Under the pieces are notes generated by a model that saw only the letters and a list, made by a program, of their open reading frames with translations, had not been told where the DNA came from and ran no database searches. A program made the translations under genes and the position numbers. Positions 1 through 12,605 of a stretch of DNA of 57,660 bases are shown here, in pieces. Source of the DNA: Paraspadella gotoi (lineage: Eukaryota > Animalia > Chaetognatha); contig CM119271.1 in the NCBI GenBank assembly GCA_051294375.1, forward strand, positions 11,051,392 through 11,109,051, read 5' to 3'. Within the stretch, counting starts at the first letter, position 1. Every line of letters starts with the position of its first letter.

Positions 1-405
1 TAAGTAGAGAGAGAAGGTTGGAAATCAAAGATGGCGCTAAGAACGGATTGGGCAATATATATGATATTTATTAGAAAACTATTTACAGGTTTTTAAAACC
101 TGAAGAAATATGGAATCCATCCGTCGAGTAATATGGCGCGTAAGTAAAGCAGAAAAAAGCAGAAAAATAGCATCAGGATTATAGGAAGGAAGAGGAGTTC
201 ATGGGCAAAGGTGAAGAAGCGTCAAGCTTGAGAGAATCTTAGGCGCGGAGGAAAGCAATGCTTGGTGGGAAGCAAGCAGGAGGTGTGGATTGGAGCTAAG
301 AAAAAATATTAAAGAGAAAATTGTATAAATATTCATTAGCTAAAGTTGAAAATTCAGACGTTAAGGGAGCATCTGTAATGGCGAATATGAGGGGAGAGAG
401 AGAGA

Positions 406-517
<112 letters not shown>

Positions 518-749
518 CTTTCTTTACAAAATGACGAATTTCTAAGGTAGATGCTAAGAGCATTAAGGCACTCAAAAAAAAAAAAAAAACCTTGCGTTAA
601 AAAAGGAGAAAAAATTATTTAAAAAAGAACAACAATAAAAAAAGGCGCCGAGTAAACTTTTTCCTCCAAAAAAACCGATAATTAAAAGATCTCAATGTTT
701 GAGAAAGAAAAACAAAACAGAAGGAGAGAAATTAAGTTTCGATCAAGAG

Positions 750-807
<58 letters not shown>

Positions 808-889
808 GGAGAAGAGAGACGAGAGTATATAACAGCCAGTACGTACACATGGATCTGAGGAGAGAAACGTTCGAGCAAAAAAGTAATTA

Positions 890-2290
890 TTATAAAAAGA
901 GAAAAAAAAAAGGATTAAAAAAAGAAAAAGCTAGAAAAAAAAGAAAGAAATGAAATTGAAAAAAAAAGAAAGAAGATGATGCAAATGAGCGCGGAGGCCT
1001 CCTTGTCAATGGAGCGGAAAAAAAGGGGAGGAAAAAGGAAAAAGAGAAAAGAAAAGAAAAACAGGAAGAAATAGAAATCGAGCGTCCAAGGGAAAAAGAA
1101 AAGGGAAGGAAGGAAAGGAGAAATGGAAGGAGGCGGAAGGAAGGAAGGAAGGAAGGGAGGAAAGAAAATAGGAGAAATAGAAAGGAAGGGAGGAAGGGAG
1201 AAAATAAGAAATGAGAAATAGAAAGGAAGGGAGGAAGGGAGGAATGAAGAAAGGAGAAATAGAAAAGAAGGGAGGAAGGTAGGAAATAAGAAATGAGAAA
1301 CAGAAAGGAAAGGAGGAAGGGAGAAAAGAAGAAATGAGAAATAGAAAGGAAGGGAGGAAGGGAGGAAAGAAGAAAGGTAAATTGAAAAGAATGAAAGAAG
1401 AGAGGAAAGAAGAAAGGAGAAATAGAAAGGAAGGGAGGAAGGGAGAAAAGATGAGAGAAAACATAAAAAGTAAGGAGGAAGGGAGGAAAGGAGAAAAGAG
1501 AAAAGAAAAGAGGGAAAGAAGAGAGTAAAGAAGAAAGGAGTAATAGAGAGAAAGGAAAGAGGGTATGGAGAATCAAAGAAGGGATGGAGGAAGGAAGGAA
1601 GAAAGGGTGAGGAAGGGAATAAGGAAGGAAGAAAGGGAGGAAGAGACCGAGGGAGGAAAGAAGGGTAAAAGAAAGGGAGGTAGCAAGGAAGGGAAACACG
1701 AAGAGAGGGAAGAAAGGAGAGAGAAAGGTAGGGAAGAAAAGAGGAGAGATATAGAGGAAGGGAGGGAGGGAAGAAGGGAGGGAGGAAGGAAGGAAGGAAG
1801 GGATCGAGGGAGGATGTGAGTAAGAGAGGGAGGAAGGGAGGAAGTTATCAAAGGAGGTATGGAGGGAAGAAAGGGAGGGAGGTAAGAAGGAAAAAGAATA
1901 AGGGAAGGAGGGAGGGAGGAAAGGTGTATGGACGTAAAAAGGGGGAGGAAGGGAGGAAGGGAGGGAGGAATAAAAGGGAGGACGAGAGGAAGGGAAATAG
2001 GGCGGGAAGAAGAAAAAGGAGAAAAGAGGAAATGGACGAGCGTAGGAAAAAAGGTCGCGCGGAGGAAGGAAAGAAAAGCCCGGGAGAGAGAGGCGCCGAT
2101 GAGGAAAAGGAAACGACAAAAGGTTGGGAGGCAAAAAAAAGAAAAGAAAAGAAAAAAAATAACCAGAAGAGAAAGGAGGAAGCGAAGGAGAAAACGATGG
2201 AGGAAAAGAGAAAAAAAGGAGGAAAACAAAAGAAGAGAAAAACCAGAAGAAAAAAAAAGGAGATTGTAATGAAAAGAAAAGGAAGGAAAG
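890..2290 (+). repeat. Purine-rich (GGAA/GAAA/GAGG) low-complexity tract; mirrored at ~13330-14720
   Basis: Almost pure A/G strand with recurrent gaaatagaaaggaagggaggaaggga units. It is the source of the F/L/P/S-rich ORFs. Confidence 0.9.
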
Positions 2291-2996
2291 GAAAATTGTA
2301 CACGCGAACTATGTTTAGTCGCGTCGGGAATCAATAAGACACTTTTTAGTCGGTCAGTCAGCGTGTTTATCTGAATGTAGTTAAAATATTAAAAAAAGCT
2401 TAACGCTTAAAGCTTAAAGTTTTATTATTATATATTAGTTTTATTATCTACTAAATCACTGGTTTTTATTGCTCAAATGAGAAAGTACAATCAATTTTGT
2501 TTCTGCTTTAATCAAAATTAAACAAAATATGAATATTTTCAGCCTCTATGAATTCCAATTTAATTCGCTGATAACAAAAATTCAAAATGTTACTGAGATG
2601 TCATTAATCAGTTTAATAAGTGACAGAAGTTTAAACAAAGAGAACAAACGGAATTAACTTAAACTTAACTTAACTTAACTTAAACAAACGGAATTAACTT
2701 AAACTTTGGTGACATGGAAGCGACTTGCCTTCCTCTCAACGATAACCATCGGCGTTAAAGGAAAAGGTAAAAATAAGAAAAAAAAAATAGGAAACAGTTT
2801 TAAATAAAAGGAAAGATAAAGAAAAAAGGAGGAAGTGAAAATAGAAAGGAAACATAAAAACGTAAAGATAAAAAAAACCAAAATAAATAAAATGCAAATG
2901 GACAAAAAAAGGGATAAAAATGGAAAAAAAATGGAAGAAAAAAAGAAAGTTTTTAGGAAAAAAAAATGAAATCGCTTCGGTGTCGTCAAATGCAGT

Positions 2997-3152
<156 letters not shown>

Positions 3153-3544
3153 TTTTTATGCGACCATTAAGACGCCAGTGAGTTTCGATGCGTCGTGGAT
3201 TCTCTCTTTCTTCAAGAGGAGAGAGATAAGTTCGCAGCGAGAAATAAAAATTAAATTTTTTAAAAAAGTTTTTTTTAACAATTAAAACTTTCTCGTTAAC
3301 CAAAAAAAAAGTTAAAATTAGTCGAATTGAGAAAAGAGAGCCAAATAAGAAATGTGGCGCATTCGGGCGATTTTTGTTTTGTTGAATTGGGGGTCGCTCT
3401 CTCTCTCTGTGTTTCAGTCTCTCTGATTCTGCCTGTCTGTCTATCTGTCTGTTACTGTCTGTCTCTCTTTTTCTTTGTTTCTTTTTGTCTGTCTGTCAGC
3501 GTGACAATCTTGGTCTGTGTCACTGTCTGTCCGTCTCTGTCAAA

Positions 3545-3669
<125 letters not shown>

Positions 3670-4364
3670 TCCTAAGAGACGGGATTAAAAAATCGTCGCC
3701 GCCGCCATTTTGATTCCGTCGTCGTCGTCGTTGTCGTCGTCGTCGTCGTCGAATGCCGTTTATGCAAATCAGTTCCAGATAAAGATTGAAAATGATTGTT
3801 TTGCAGAAAAAAAAAGATAGAATAAAAAAGAAAGAAAAAAAATTTTCTCGAGGTTAAAAGCTGAAAGAAATCTCGATTGAAAGAGTTTGAAAAAGAGAAA
3901 GAGAGAGAGAATAAAGAGAGTGTTGAAAGAGGGTGTTTGGAAAGAGAGATGAAAGAGGGGAAAGAGAGAGAGAGAGAGAGTTAGAAAAGAGAGGAAAAAG
4001 AAGAGTTTAAAAACGGTGGAACAAAAAGGAGAGAATTCAACGAGAAAAAAAAAGAACAGGGTACAAATAAAGGAGAAAAAAAAAGAATGATAAAAATACC
4101 AAAATATAAAAAGAAAAAAAAAAGAAAAAAGAAAATATATTTAAGACCCAAAAAGGAGTAAAAAAAATAGTAAATAGAGAAATAACGAATCTTGAAGAAA
4201 AAAAGAGGAAAAAATGAAGAGAGGAAATAAAAAAAAATAAAAAAATGTATACATCCGGGTTCCTTCAATGACTTTTTTTTAATCACGCTTTTGGTCCGAT
4301 CCAGTATAGACGTCATTACTAATTGCTCGCTCGGTCTTTTTTCTTCTCAGCTCTCTCTTTCTCT

Positions 4365-4424
<60 letters not shown>

Positions 4425-4991
4425 ATATTCGCTCCCCGAGGGAAAAACAAGGAAGCAAGAAAGTTTTGATGACGTCAAAGGAAGAAAAAAAAGAAAAACA
4501 GAAAAAAAAAAGAATAAAGAAAAAAAGTAAAAATATAAAATTAAAAGAAACTTCTTTTTAAAATGATCGATTATCGATCCTCAAATATTTTTAAAAGTTC
4601 AATTCACAATTTCGCACGATGCAGTATTTAATGCTGTACTTAATCGTAGACGTTGAGTTTTGCTTGGGGCCTTCCCGACATCGGCCCCCAATATTTTTAA
4701 TATCGTTGATAATGCTCAAAAATAGACTAGTATAATTTACGATTAAAAAAAAATCTTAACTTGGATGTTAAATTTTCGTTTGCATCGACTGATCGCATTA
4801 ATGACGCAAACTGTTCGCACGATCCGTCCTCACTATCGGCATCTCACAGTCTGTTCCGTCAGTCCGTATATCCGTACCTCTGTCTCGAATTCCTCTCGAC
4901 TCTCGCTACAACGAGAACGCCTACTATTTATATTTTGTCTTCAATTTCTAAGTTGGTCGTTGGGCGGAGAGAGAGAGAGAGAGAAGAAGAG

Positions 4992-5047
<56 letters not shown>

Positions 5048-5250
5048 AGAGAAATCGACAACTTGGAATATGGATGATGATGTTTTTTTCTAAACAATCG
5101 TCAAGGACGATGAGAGGGATGAGAGAGAGAGAAGAGAGAGATGAGAGAGAAGAGAGAGAGAGAGACGAGAGAGAGAGAGACGGAGCATCTGTCGTCGTCG
5201 TCGTTTTCGTCGTCGTTTCGTTATAATTGACGCGATGCGACGTGACTTAC

Positions 5251-6220
5251 CTTATCTTTCACGAGAGGCAACTTTCTCGTTCAACGTCATTTCTCAATCA
5301 TCATCATCATCATCATCATCACATCATCATCATCATCATCATCATCGATCATCTAGCATCATCATCATCATCATCTCATCATCATCATCAGCATCATCAT
5401 GCATCATCAGCATCATCATCATCACATCTCCATAATCACCTTGTGATCATCATCATCCATCATCATCATCATCATCTCATCATCTCCATAATCACCTTGG
5501 TCATCATCATCATCATCATCATCAGCATCGTCAATCATTATCATTTTCATAATCACCAATAATTCATCTTTATCAACATCATACATCATCATCCATCATT
5601 ATCATCTCATAATCACCAAATCATCAAATCATCATCAATCATTATCATATAGATCATCATCATCATTGTCATCATCGAATCTACATCATCATTCATCATC
5701 ATCAATTACCGTCATCGTCATCATCATCATCATCTTCATCGTTCATCATCATCTCAATCTCATGGCATCATCGTCATCATCACATCAATCATCATAATCC
5801 TTATCGAAATAATCATCATTATCATCTCCATAATCATCGCCATCATCATCAATCATCATCAATCATCAACATCTACATCCTCTTCACCTCTCGCTCCATG
5901 GGGTCCCTCGACCTCTTGACCCATCGAAGGTCAGAAAGGTCAGAAAGGTCAGAAAGGTCAGAAAGGTAGAAGGTCAGAAGGTCAGAAAAGACATCGGTTG
6001 GTCCTCAGCGGCGAATCGGAATCATCGGACGAAACTCTCCGACGGACGAGATTCGAACCCGAGACCTTTCCCTCACTCGGTCGGCGAAGATTGAATTCGT
6101 TGTCGTTGTTGTTAATCTTGTTGTTGTCGTCGTCGTTCGTCATTGAGATATAATGTTCTTTCCGAGGGAGAGACATCAGTGGCGGCGGGATTTTATGTCA
6201 ATGTCAGGAACATTGTCCAT
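5251..6220 (-). CDS. Candidate acidic, disordered-protein exon (Ser-Asp-Leu repeats then poly-Asp), frameshifted in this copy; second copy ~9400-10394 (+)
   Basis: The minus strand reads MSLPRKEHYISMTNDDDNNKINNNDNEFNLRRPSEGKVSGSNLVRRRVSSDDSDSP. This is followed by TCTGACCTT (SDL) 9-mers and a ~600 bp (GAT)n tract. The segment ends at a consensus donor AAG|GTAAGT (GT at 5250-5249; GT at 10395-10396 in the other arm). There is no clear acceptor and no domain. Confidence 0.35.
5926..5990 (+). repeat. 9-bp tandem repeat (AAGGTCAGA)n, ~7 units; mirrored at ~9644-9700
   Basis: gaaggtcagaaaggtcagaaaggtcagaaaggtcagaaaggtagaaggtcagaaggtcagaaaag. Confidence 0.9.
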
Positions 6221-7059
6221 TAGGGTGGAGCGATGAAAAGATTGAGTGATTGAACATTATTTTTTTTTTCTGGTTATGGACATGTAATTAATGAATTTTA
6301 AATCCTTTTATAAATTTTTTTTAGCATAACAGTATAGTAAATTCAATTATTTGTGTAGTAATATCCTTATAAAATCGTTAAATTTTACGATATTTTTTTT
6401 CTAATTTCAAGAACAAAACTAAGAAACTTTTATAAAATATATTATATAAAATTTTAATATTTGGATCACAAAAAATGACTAAAACGTTTTAACATATACA
6501 AGTTTCTACTACAGAGAATAAAAAAGTGATGAATTTTCACCTTTTTTCCTCATTTATAAAAAGTTTTAAAAAATATATTTTTAAAATTTACTATTTTACT
6601 TTGTGCCGGCACCTTTATTTATCGGGTTTGAGATAGAGACAGAGAGAGTGAGAGAGGAGAGGAGAGAGATTGAGGAGAGAGAGAGAAGGAGAGAGAGAGA
6701 GAGATGGAGGAGGAGAGAGAGACGAGAGGAGAGAGAATATAAAATCTAGATGAAGAAAGAACGAGAGAAAAAAGAAGAGGAGAGAGCAGAGAGAGGAGAG
6801 GGAGGGAGGAGAGAGAGAGAGAGCGAAGTAGGGAGAAATAGAGAGGTAGAGAGATGCGAGAGAGAATAGAAGAAAGAAGTGAGCTGGAGAGTTGAGGATA
6901 AAGGAAGGAGATGTCTAGGGAGAGAGACTTAGAGATGAGGAAAGAAGTGAGATAGAGAAAAAATCTTCTTACTCTGCCCTCTGCCTCCTGCGTTTCAGTC
7001 TCCTCGCCTTTCGCTCTTCTCCTCCTCCTCCTCTCTCTCGCTCGTCATTCACGCGACCT

Positions 7060-7500
7060 TCAACTGCCAAACTGTAAAGAATGGAAAAATGGTATCGGCT
7101 TAAACCTTTTGGCCGACGTTTTTGCCGTCGCCGAGAACGTCTTCCTGGGAACGTGGATGAAGATGATGACGATGATAGATCGAATGAAGATGAGAATGAT
7201 GATAATGGATCGATGACGACGATGAAAATGATGATGAGATGATATCTTGATGAATGATGAAGATGGAGACGGTGGTGATGATGATGATTGGACGATGGAC
7301 GATTGATTATGATGATTATTGGTGATGACGATGATGAGATGATGAGATTGTTGTACGATGATGAATGATGATGACGGTGGTGATAATATGATTGGACGAT
7401 GAGATGATGATTGATGATTATGGTGATGACGATGATGAAGTGATGAAAGATGTTGACGATGATGAAGATGATGACGATGAATCATGATGAGGAATTATGA
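7060..7500 (+). other. Short unique segment followed by a degenerate (GAT/GAC)n tract in the spacer of the inverted repeat; possible further acidic exon
   Basis: cgtcgccgagaacgtcttcctgggaacgtggatgaagatgatgacgat reads RRRERLPGNVDEDDDD. The sequence is noisy afterwards. Confidence 0.25.
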
Positions 7501-7728
7501 TTGAGCTGTAATGACGAAAAATTCGTTCGTGATAATTTAGGGATTATGTTTAAATGAGTAGAGTGGACAATATGGAGTGAGCACTCAAAACAAAAAAATT
7601 TATTTGAGTAATTGATCGACAGGGATATTAGATTGTAATAGTATTTATAAACTAGTATTAAAATTTTTTTTTTCATTTGTTCTCGGGAACAGAATAGTAA
7701 ATATAATATATTTGTAGTTAATTTTCTT

Positions 7729-10256
7729 AAAATAGTAAATTTTTAAATTTTTTTTCTTTAAACTTTTTATAAAGATACCAGATTCTTTCATTAAAAGTTT
7801 TAAAAAGTTATTCAAAATTCTGTCGTTTTCAGTATTTAAAAAAAAAGGTGAAATTCATTCGATTTTTTTATTCCTGTAGAGAAACTTTATGTTAAAACAC
7901 GGCTGGGGCAGAGATCGATGTGAAAAGAAACAAAAAAGTGCCATCTCTGACTATTAAATTCTTAAAGTTACCCATGAGACACTTATGTTGGTAGGTCAGT
8001 AAAATTCGATAAAGAACAGGTTTTTTTAAATGCTACATTAAGTTTTTTAAATTTTTTTATTAAAAAATTTTAAGTTAGTTAGTGAATATGCTTTACAATT
8101 TAAATGTCTATATGTCTATCATTATCTTACAAAGCATAAGCTTTAATTTTGAAACCACTCCCAACTTTCTATTACTTTTGCTATTGAAATATAAGTAGTA
8201 AAAATTAAATATTTTTTTTAAAAGATTAATCAATTAGTACCATTGAACAGATTATTTCTTAAAAATAAAATACAAATTATGTTCCTAAAATAAGTTTACT
8301 TATTAGGCTTCAAAAAAAGTTTTTTTATAATAATATTTTTAATATAAAATTTAAAAAATGAAAAAAATATTTTAAAAAAATATTAATAATACTCTAATTA
8401 GTATTAAAAGTTAAAGCATTATGTTGTTAATATTTTTACACATTTGTATAATAATATATTATCAATATTGAGTGAGTATTATTATATATAATTTATGAAT
8501 AAAAATTTTTTTTGATAAGTAATAAATTATTAATACTTTTAAAGCTGGATATGATTTTGAATTAAAGTTGCCCAACTAATATTTATCTGTTTATTTTATT
8601 TGAGATTAAGTTTAATTAAGAATATCATATATTTCTTAAAAAATAAAATTAATTTTGTTATTTCATTATTTTTATTAATAAATTTAGATTAAATTTTTTT
8701 TTAAAAAATTTGTTTTTAGGGCTTAATTTGGAGAAGAACTGCATTTTGAGACCTATATGTACTTTTATTTTTAAGAAATAATCCGTTTGAAAGAACTGAT
8801 TGATTATTAATTTTTTTTTAAAAAAATTTCAATAACAAATTTCAATAACAAAAAATCGTAAAAAGTTGGAGAGGTCTTCAAATTAAAGCTTATGCTCTGT
8901 AGATAATGATAGATGTTAGACATTAAAAATTGTAAGCATTTTTCACTAACTATTTTAAAAATTTTTCTAAAAAATTTTCAAAACTTTAATGGAGCATTTT
9001 AAAAAAAAAACCTGCCCTTTATCGAATTTTACTGACCTTCCACATTTAAGTGTTTCAATGGGTTATACTTTAAATTATAGGTTTCAGAGATTGGCACTTT
9101 TTTTGTTTCTTTTCACATCCTCTCTGCCCTACCGTGAAAACGTTTTAGTCATTTTTTGTTGATTCTTTCAAATATTCAAATATATTTACATTATTTTATT
9201 AAAAGTTTTCTTAGTTTTGTTCTTGAAAATAAATAAAAAATATCTTGAAATTTAACGATTTTATAAGGAATTTACTACACAAATAATTGAAATATTACTA
9301 TACTGTTATGCTAAAATTATGAGATTTAAATTCATTAATTACATGTCCATAGCCGAGCAAAAAAAATAATTTTCAATCCACTCAATCTTTTCATCGCTCC
9401 CACCCTAATGGACAATGTTCCTGACATTTGACATAAAATCCCGCCGCCACTGATGTCTCTCCCTCGGAAAGAAACATATATCTCATTGACGAACGGACGC
9501 GACAACAACAAGATTAACAACACGACAACTATTCCAAATCCGTCCGCGACCGAGTGAGGGAAAAGGTCTCGGGTTCGACTCGTCCGTCGGAGAGTTTCGT
9601 CCGATGATTCCGATTCGCCCGCTGAGGAACAAACCGATGTCTTTTCTGACCTCTGACCTTCTACCTTTCTGACCTTTCTGACCTTTCTGACCTTTCTGAC
9701 CCTTCGATGGGTTCAAGAGGTCGAAGGGACCACATTGGAGCGAGAGCGTGAAGAGGATGTAGAGATGATGATGATTGATGATGATTGATGATGATGCGTG
9801 ATGATTATGGAGATTGATAATGATGATTTATTTGATAATTGGATTATGATGATTGATGATTATGACGATGATGATGAAGATGAGATGATGATGAACGATT
9901 GAAGATGATGATGATGATGACGATTGACGGTATGATTGATGATGATGATGATGATTGATGATGATTGAACAATGATGATGATGATTATATGATAATTGAT
10001 GATGATGATGATTTTGATGATTATTGGTGATTAGGAGATTGATAATGATGGATGATGGAATGTTGATGTGTAAAGATGCATTTTAATGGTGATTATGAAA
10101 ATGATTAATGATTGACGATGCTGATGATGATGATGATGTGATGACCAAGGTGATTATGAGATTGATGATGATGATGATGATGATGCATGATGATGATGAC
10201 CAAGGTGATTATGCGAGATGATGATTGATGATGATGCTGATGATTGATGATGATGC

Positions 10257-10291
<35 letters not shown>

Positions 10292-10606
10292 CTGATGATG
10301 ATGATGATGATGATGATAGATGATGTGATGATGATTATGTATGATGATGATTGATGACGTTGCACGATAAAGTTGCCTCTTCGTGAAAGTAAGGGTAAGT
10401 CACGTCGCCATGCGTAACATTTAATAACGAAAAACGACGACGAAAACGACAGGGGGGAACGACGACAGATGCTCCGTTTCTCTCGTCTCTCTCGTCTCTC
10501 TCTCTCTCTTCTCTCTCATCTTCTCTCTCTCTCTCTCAATCCTCTCATCGTCCATTGACGATTGTATTAAGAAAAAACATCATCATTCCATATTCAAGTG
10601 TCGATT

Positions 10607-10644
<38 letters not shown>

Positions 10645-12055
10645 TCTCTCTCTCTCATCTTCTACCTCATCTTCTCTCTCTCTCTCTCTCCCGCCAACGA
10701 ACCAACTTAGAAATTGAAGACAAAATATATAATAGTTAGGCGTTCTCGTTGATAGCGAGAGGTCGAGAGGATTCGAGACAGAGGTACGGATATTACGATA
10801 CGGAACATACTGTGAGATGACCATATGAGGACGGATCGTGCGAACAGTTGCGTCATTAATGCTATCAGTCGATGCAAACAGAAATTTAAACATCCAAGTT
10901 AGGATTTTTTTTTAATTCGTAAATTTATACTAGGTTCTATTTTGAGCATATCAACATATTAAAATATGGGGCGTATGTCGGGAAGGCCACAAGCAAAACT
11001 CAAGTCTACGATTTAAGTACGCATAATACTTGCATCGTGCGCAATTAGTTGGGAATTGAACTTTTTAAAAATAATTTGGAGATCGATAATCGATACATTT
11101 TTAAAAAGAAGTTTCTTTAATTTTATATTTTACTTTTTTCTTTATTTCTTTTTTTTTTCTGTTTTTTTTCTTCCTTTACGTCATCAAAACATTTCTTGCG
11201 TTCCTTGTTTTTCCCTCGGGGAAGCGAATATAGAGAGAGAGAGAGAGAGAGGAAAGAGAGAGAGGAGAGAGAGAGAGAGAGAGAAGAGAGAGAAAGAGAG
11301 AGTGAGAAGATAGCTGAGAGAAAAAGACCGAGCGAGCATTAGTAATTGACGTCTATTACTTGGATCGGACCAAAGCGTGATTTAAAAAAAAGTCATTGAA
11401 GGAACCCGAGATGATATACATTTTTTAATTTTTTTTTATTTCCTCTCTTCATTTTTCTCTTTTTTTCTTTCAAGTTCGTTATTATCTCTATTTATATTTT
11501 TTACCTCCTTTTTGGTCTAAATATATTTTCTGTTTTTCTTTTTTTTTTCTTTTTATATTTTGGTTATTTTTATCATTCTTTTTTTTCTCCTTTATGTTAC
11601 CCTGTTTCTTTTTTTTCTCGTGAATTCTCTCCTTTTTGTTCCACCGATTTTTACTCTTTCTTTTCCTCCTATTTCTAACTCTCTCTCTCTCTTCTTTCCC
11701 CTCTTTTCATCTCTCTTATCCAAACACCCTCTTTTCAACACTCTCTTTATCTTCTTCTCTTTCTCTTTTTCAAAACTCTTTCACCCTATCGAGATTTCTT
11801 TCAGCTTTTAACCTCGAGAAATTTTTTTTTCTTTCTTCTTTTAATTCTATCTTTTTTTTTCTGCCAAAACAATCATTTTCAATCTTTATCTGGAACTGAT
11901 TTGCATAAACGGCATTCGACGACCGACGAACGACGACAACGACGACGACGACGGAATCAAAATGGCCGCCGGCGACGATTTTTTTAATCCGGTCTCTTAG
12001 GAGTGATGGAGAGAGCAGAGAGAGATGTAGATGAGAGAGAGAGAGTAGAGGAGAG

Positions 12056-12088
<33 letters not shown>

Positions 12089-12558
12089 GGAGTTTGACAG
12101 AGACGGACAGGACAGTGACACAGGACCAAGATTGTCACGCTGACAGACAGAACAAAGAACCAAAGAAAAAGAGAGACGACAGTAACCAGGACAGATGACA
12201 GGACAGGCAGAATCCAGAGAGACTGAAACACAGAGAGAGAGGACGACCCCAAATTTCAACAAACAAAAAATCGCCCGGAATGCGCCACATTTCTATTGGC
12301 TTCTCTTTTCTCAATTCTACTAATTTTTAACTTTTTTTTGATTTAACGAGAAAGTTTTAATTTGTTAAAAAAAACTTTTTAAAATAAATTTAATTTTTAT
12401 TTTCTCGCTGCGAACTATATCTCTCTCCTCTTGAAGAAAAGAGAGAATCCACCGACGATCGAAACTCACTGGCGTCTTAATGGTCGCATAAAAATCTCTT
12501 TCTTGTCTCTCTCATCTCTCTCTTCTCCTCTCTCTCTCTCTCTCTCTTCTCTCTCTTC

Positions 12559-12605
<47 letters not shown>

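Noticed and set aside
2644-2706. Direct repeat aacaaacggaattaacttaaactt around (AACTT)n as a possible TSD
   Set aside because: No element lies between the copies. It is best explained as local slippage.
3697-3712. Perfect YY1-like motif CCGCCGCCATTTTG
   Set aside because: It is an isolated short motif beside (GTC)n with no other promoter evidence.
4761-4960. Unique CpG-containing segment as an exon (mirror 10700-10897)
   Set aside because: The two copies disagree by indels and no frame gives a consistent, recognisable peptide.
6598-7060. SMRTbell adapter remnant at the centre of the palindrome
   Set aside because: I see only noisy GA/CT sequence and cannot identify the adapter with its GTTGTTGTTG loop.
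9483-9716. KGQKGQKGQKG as a collagen-like Gly-X-Y repeat
   Set aside because: It has only about four triplets and is simply one frame of the 9-bp repeat, with no Pro-rich or extended Gly-X-Y context.
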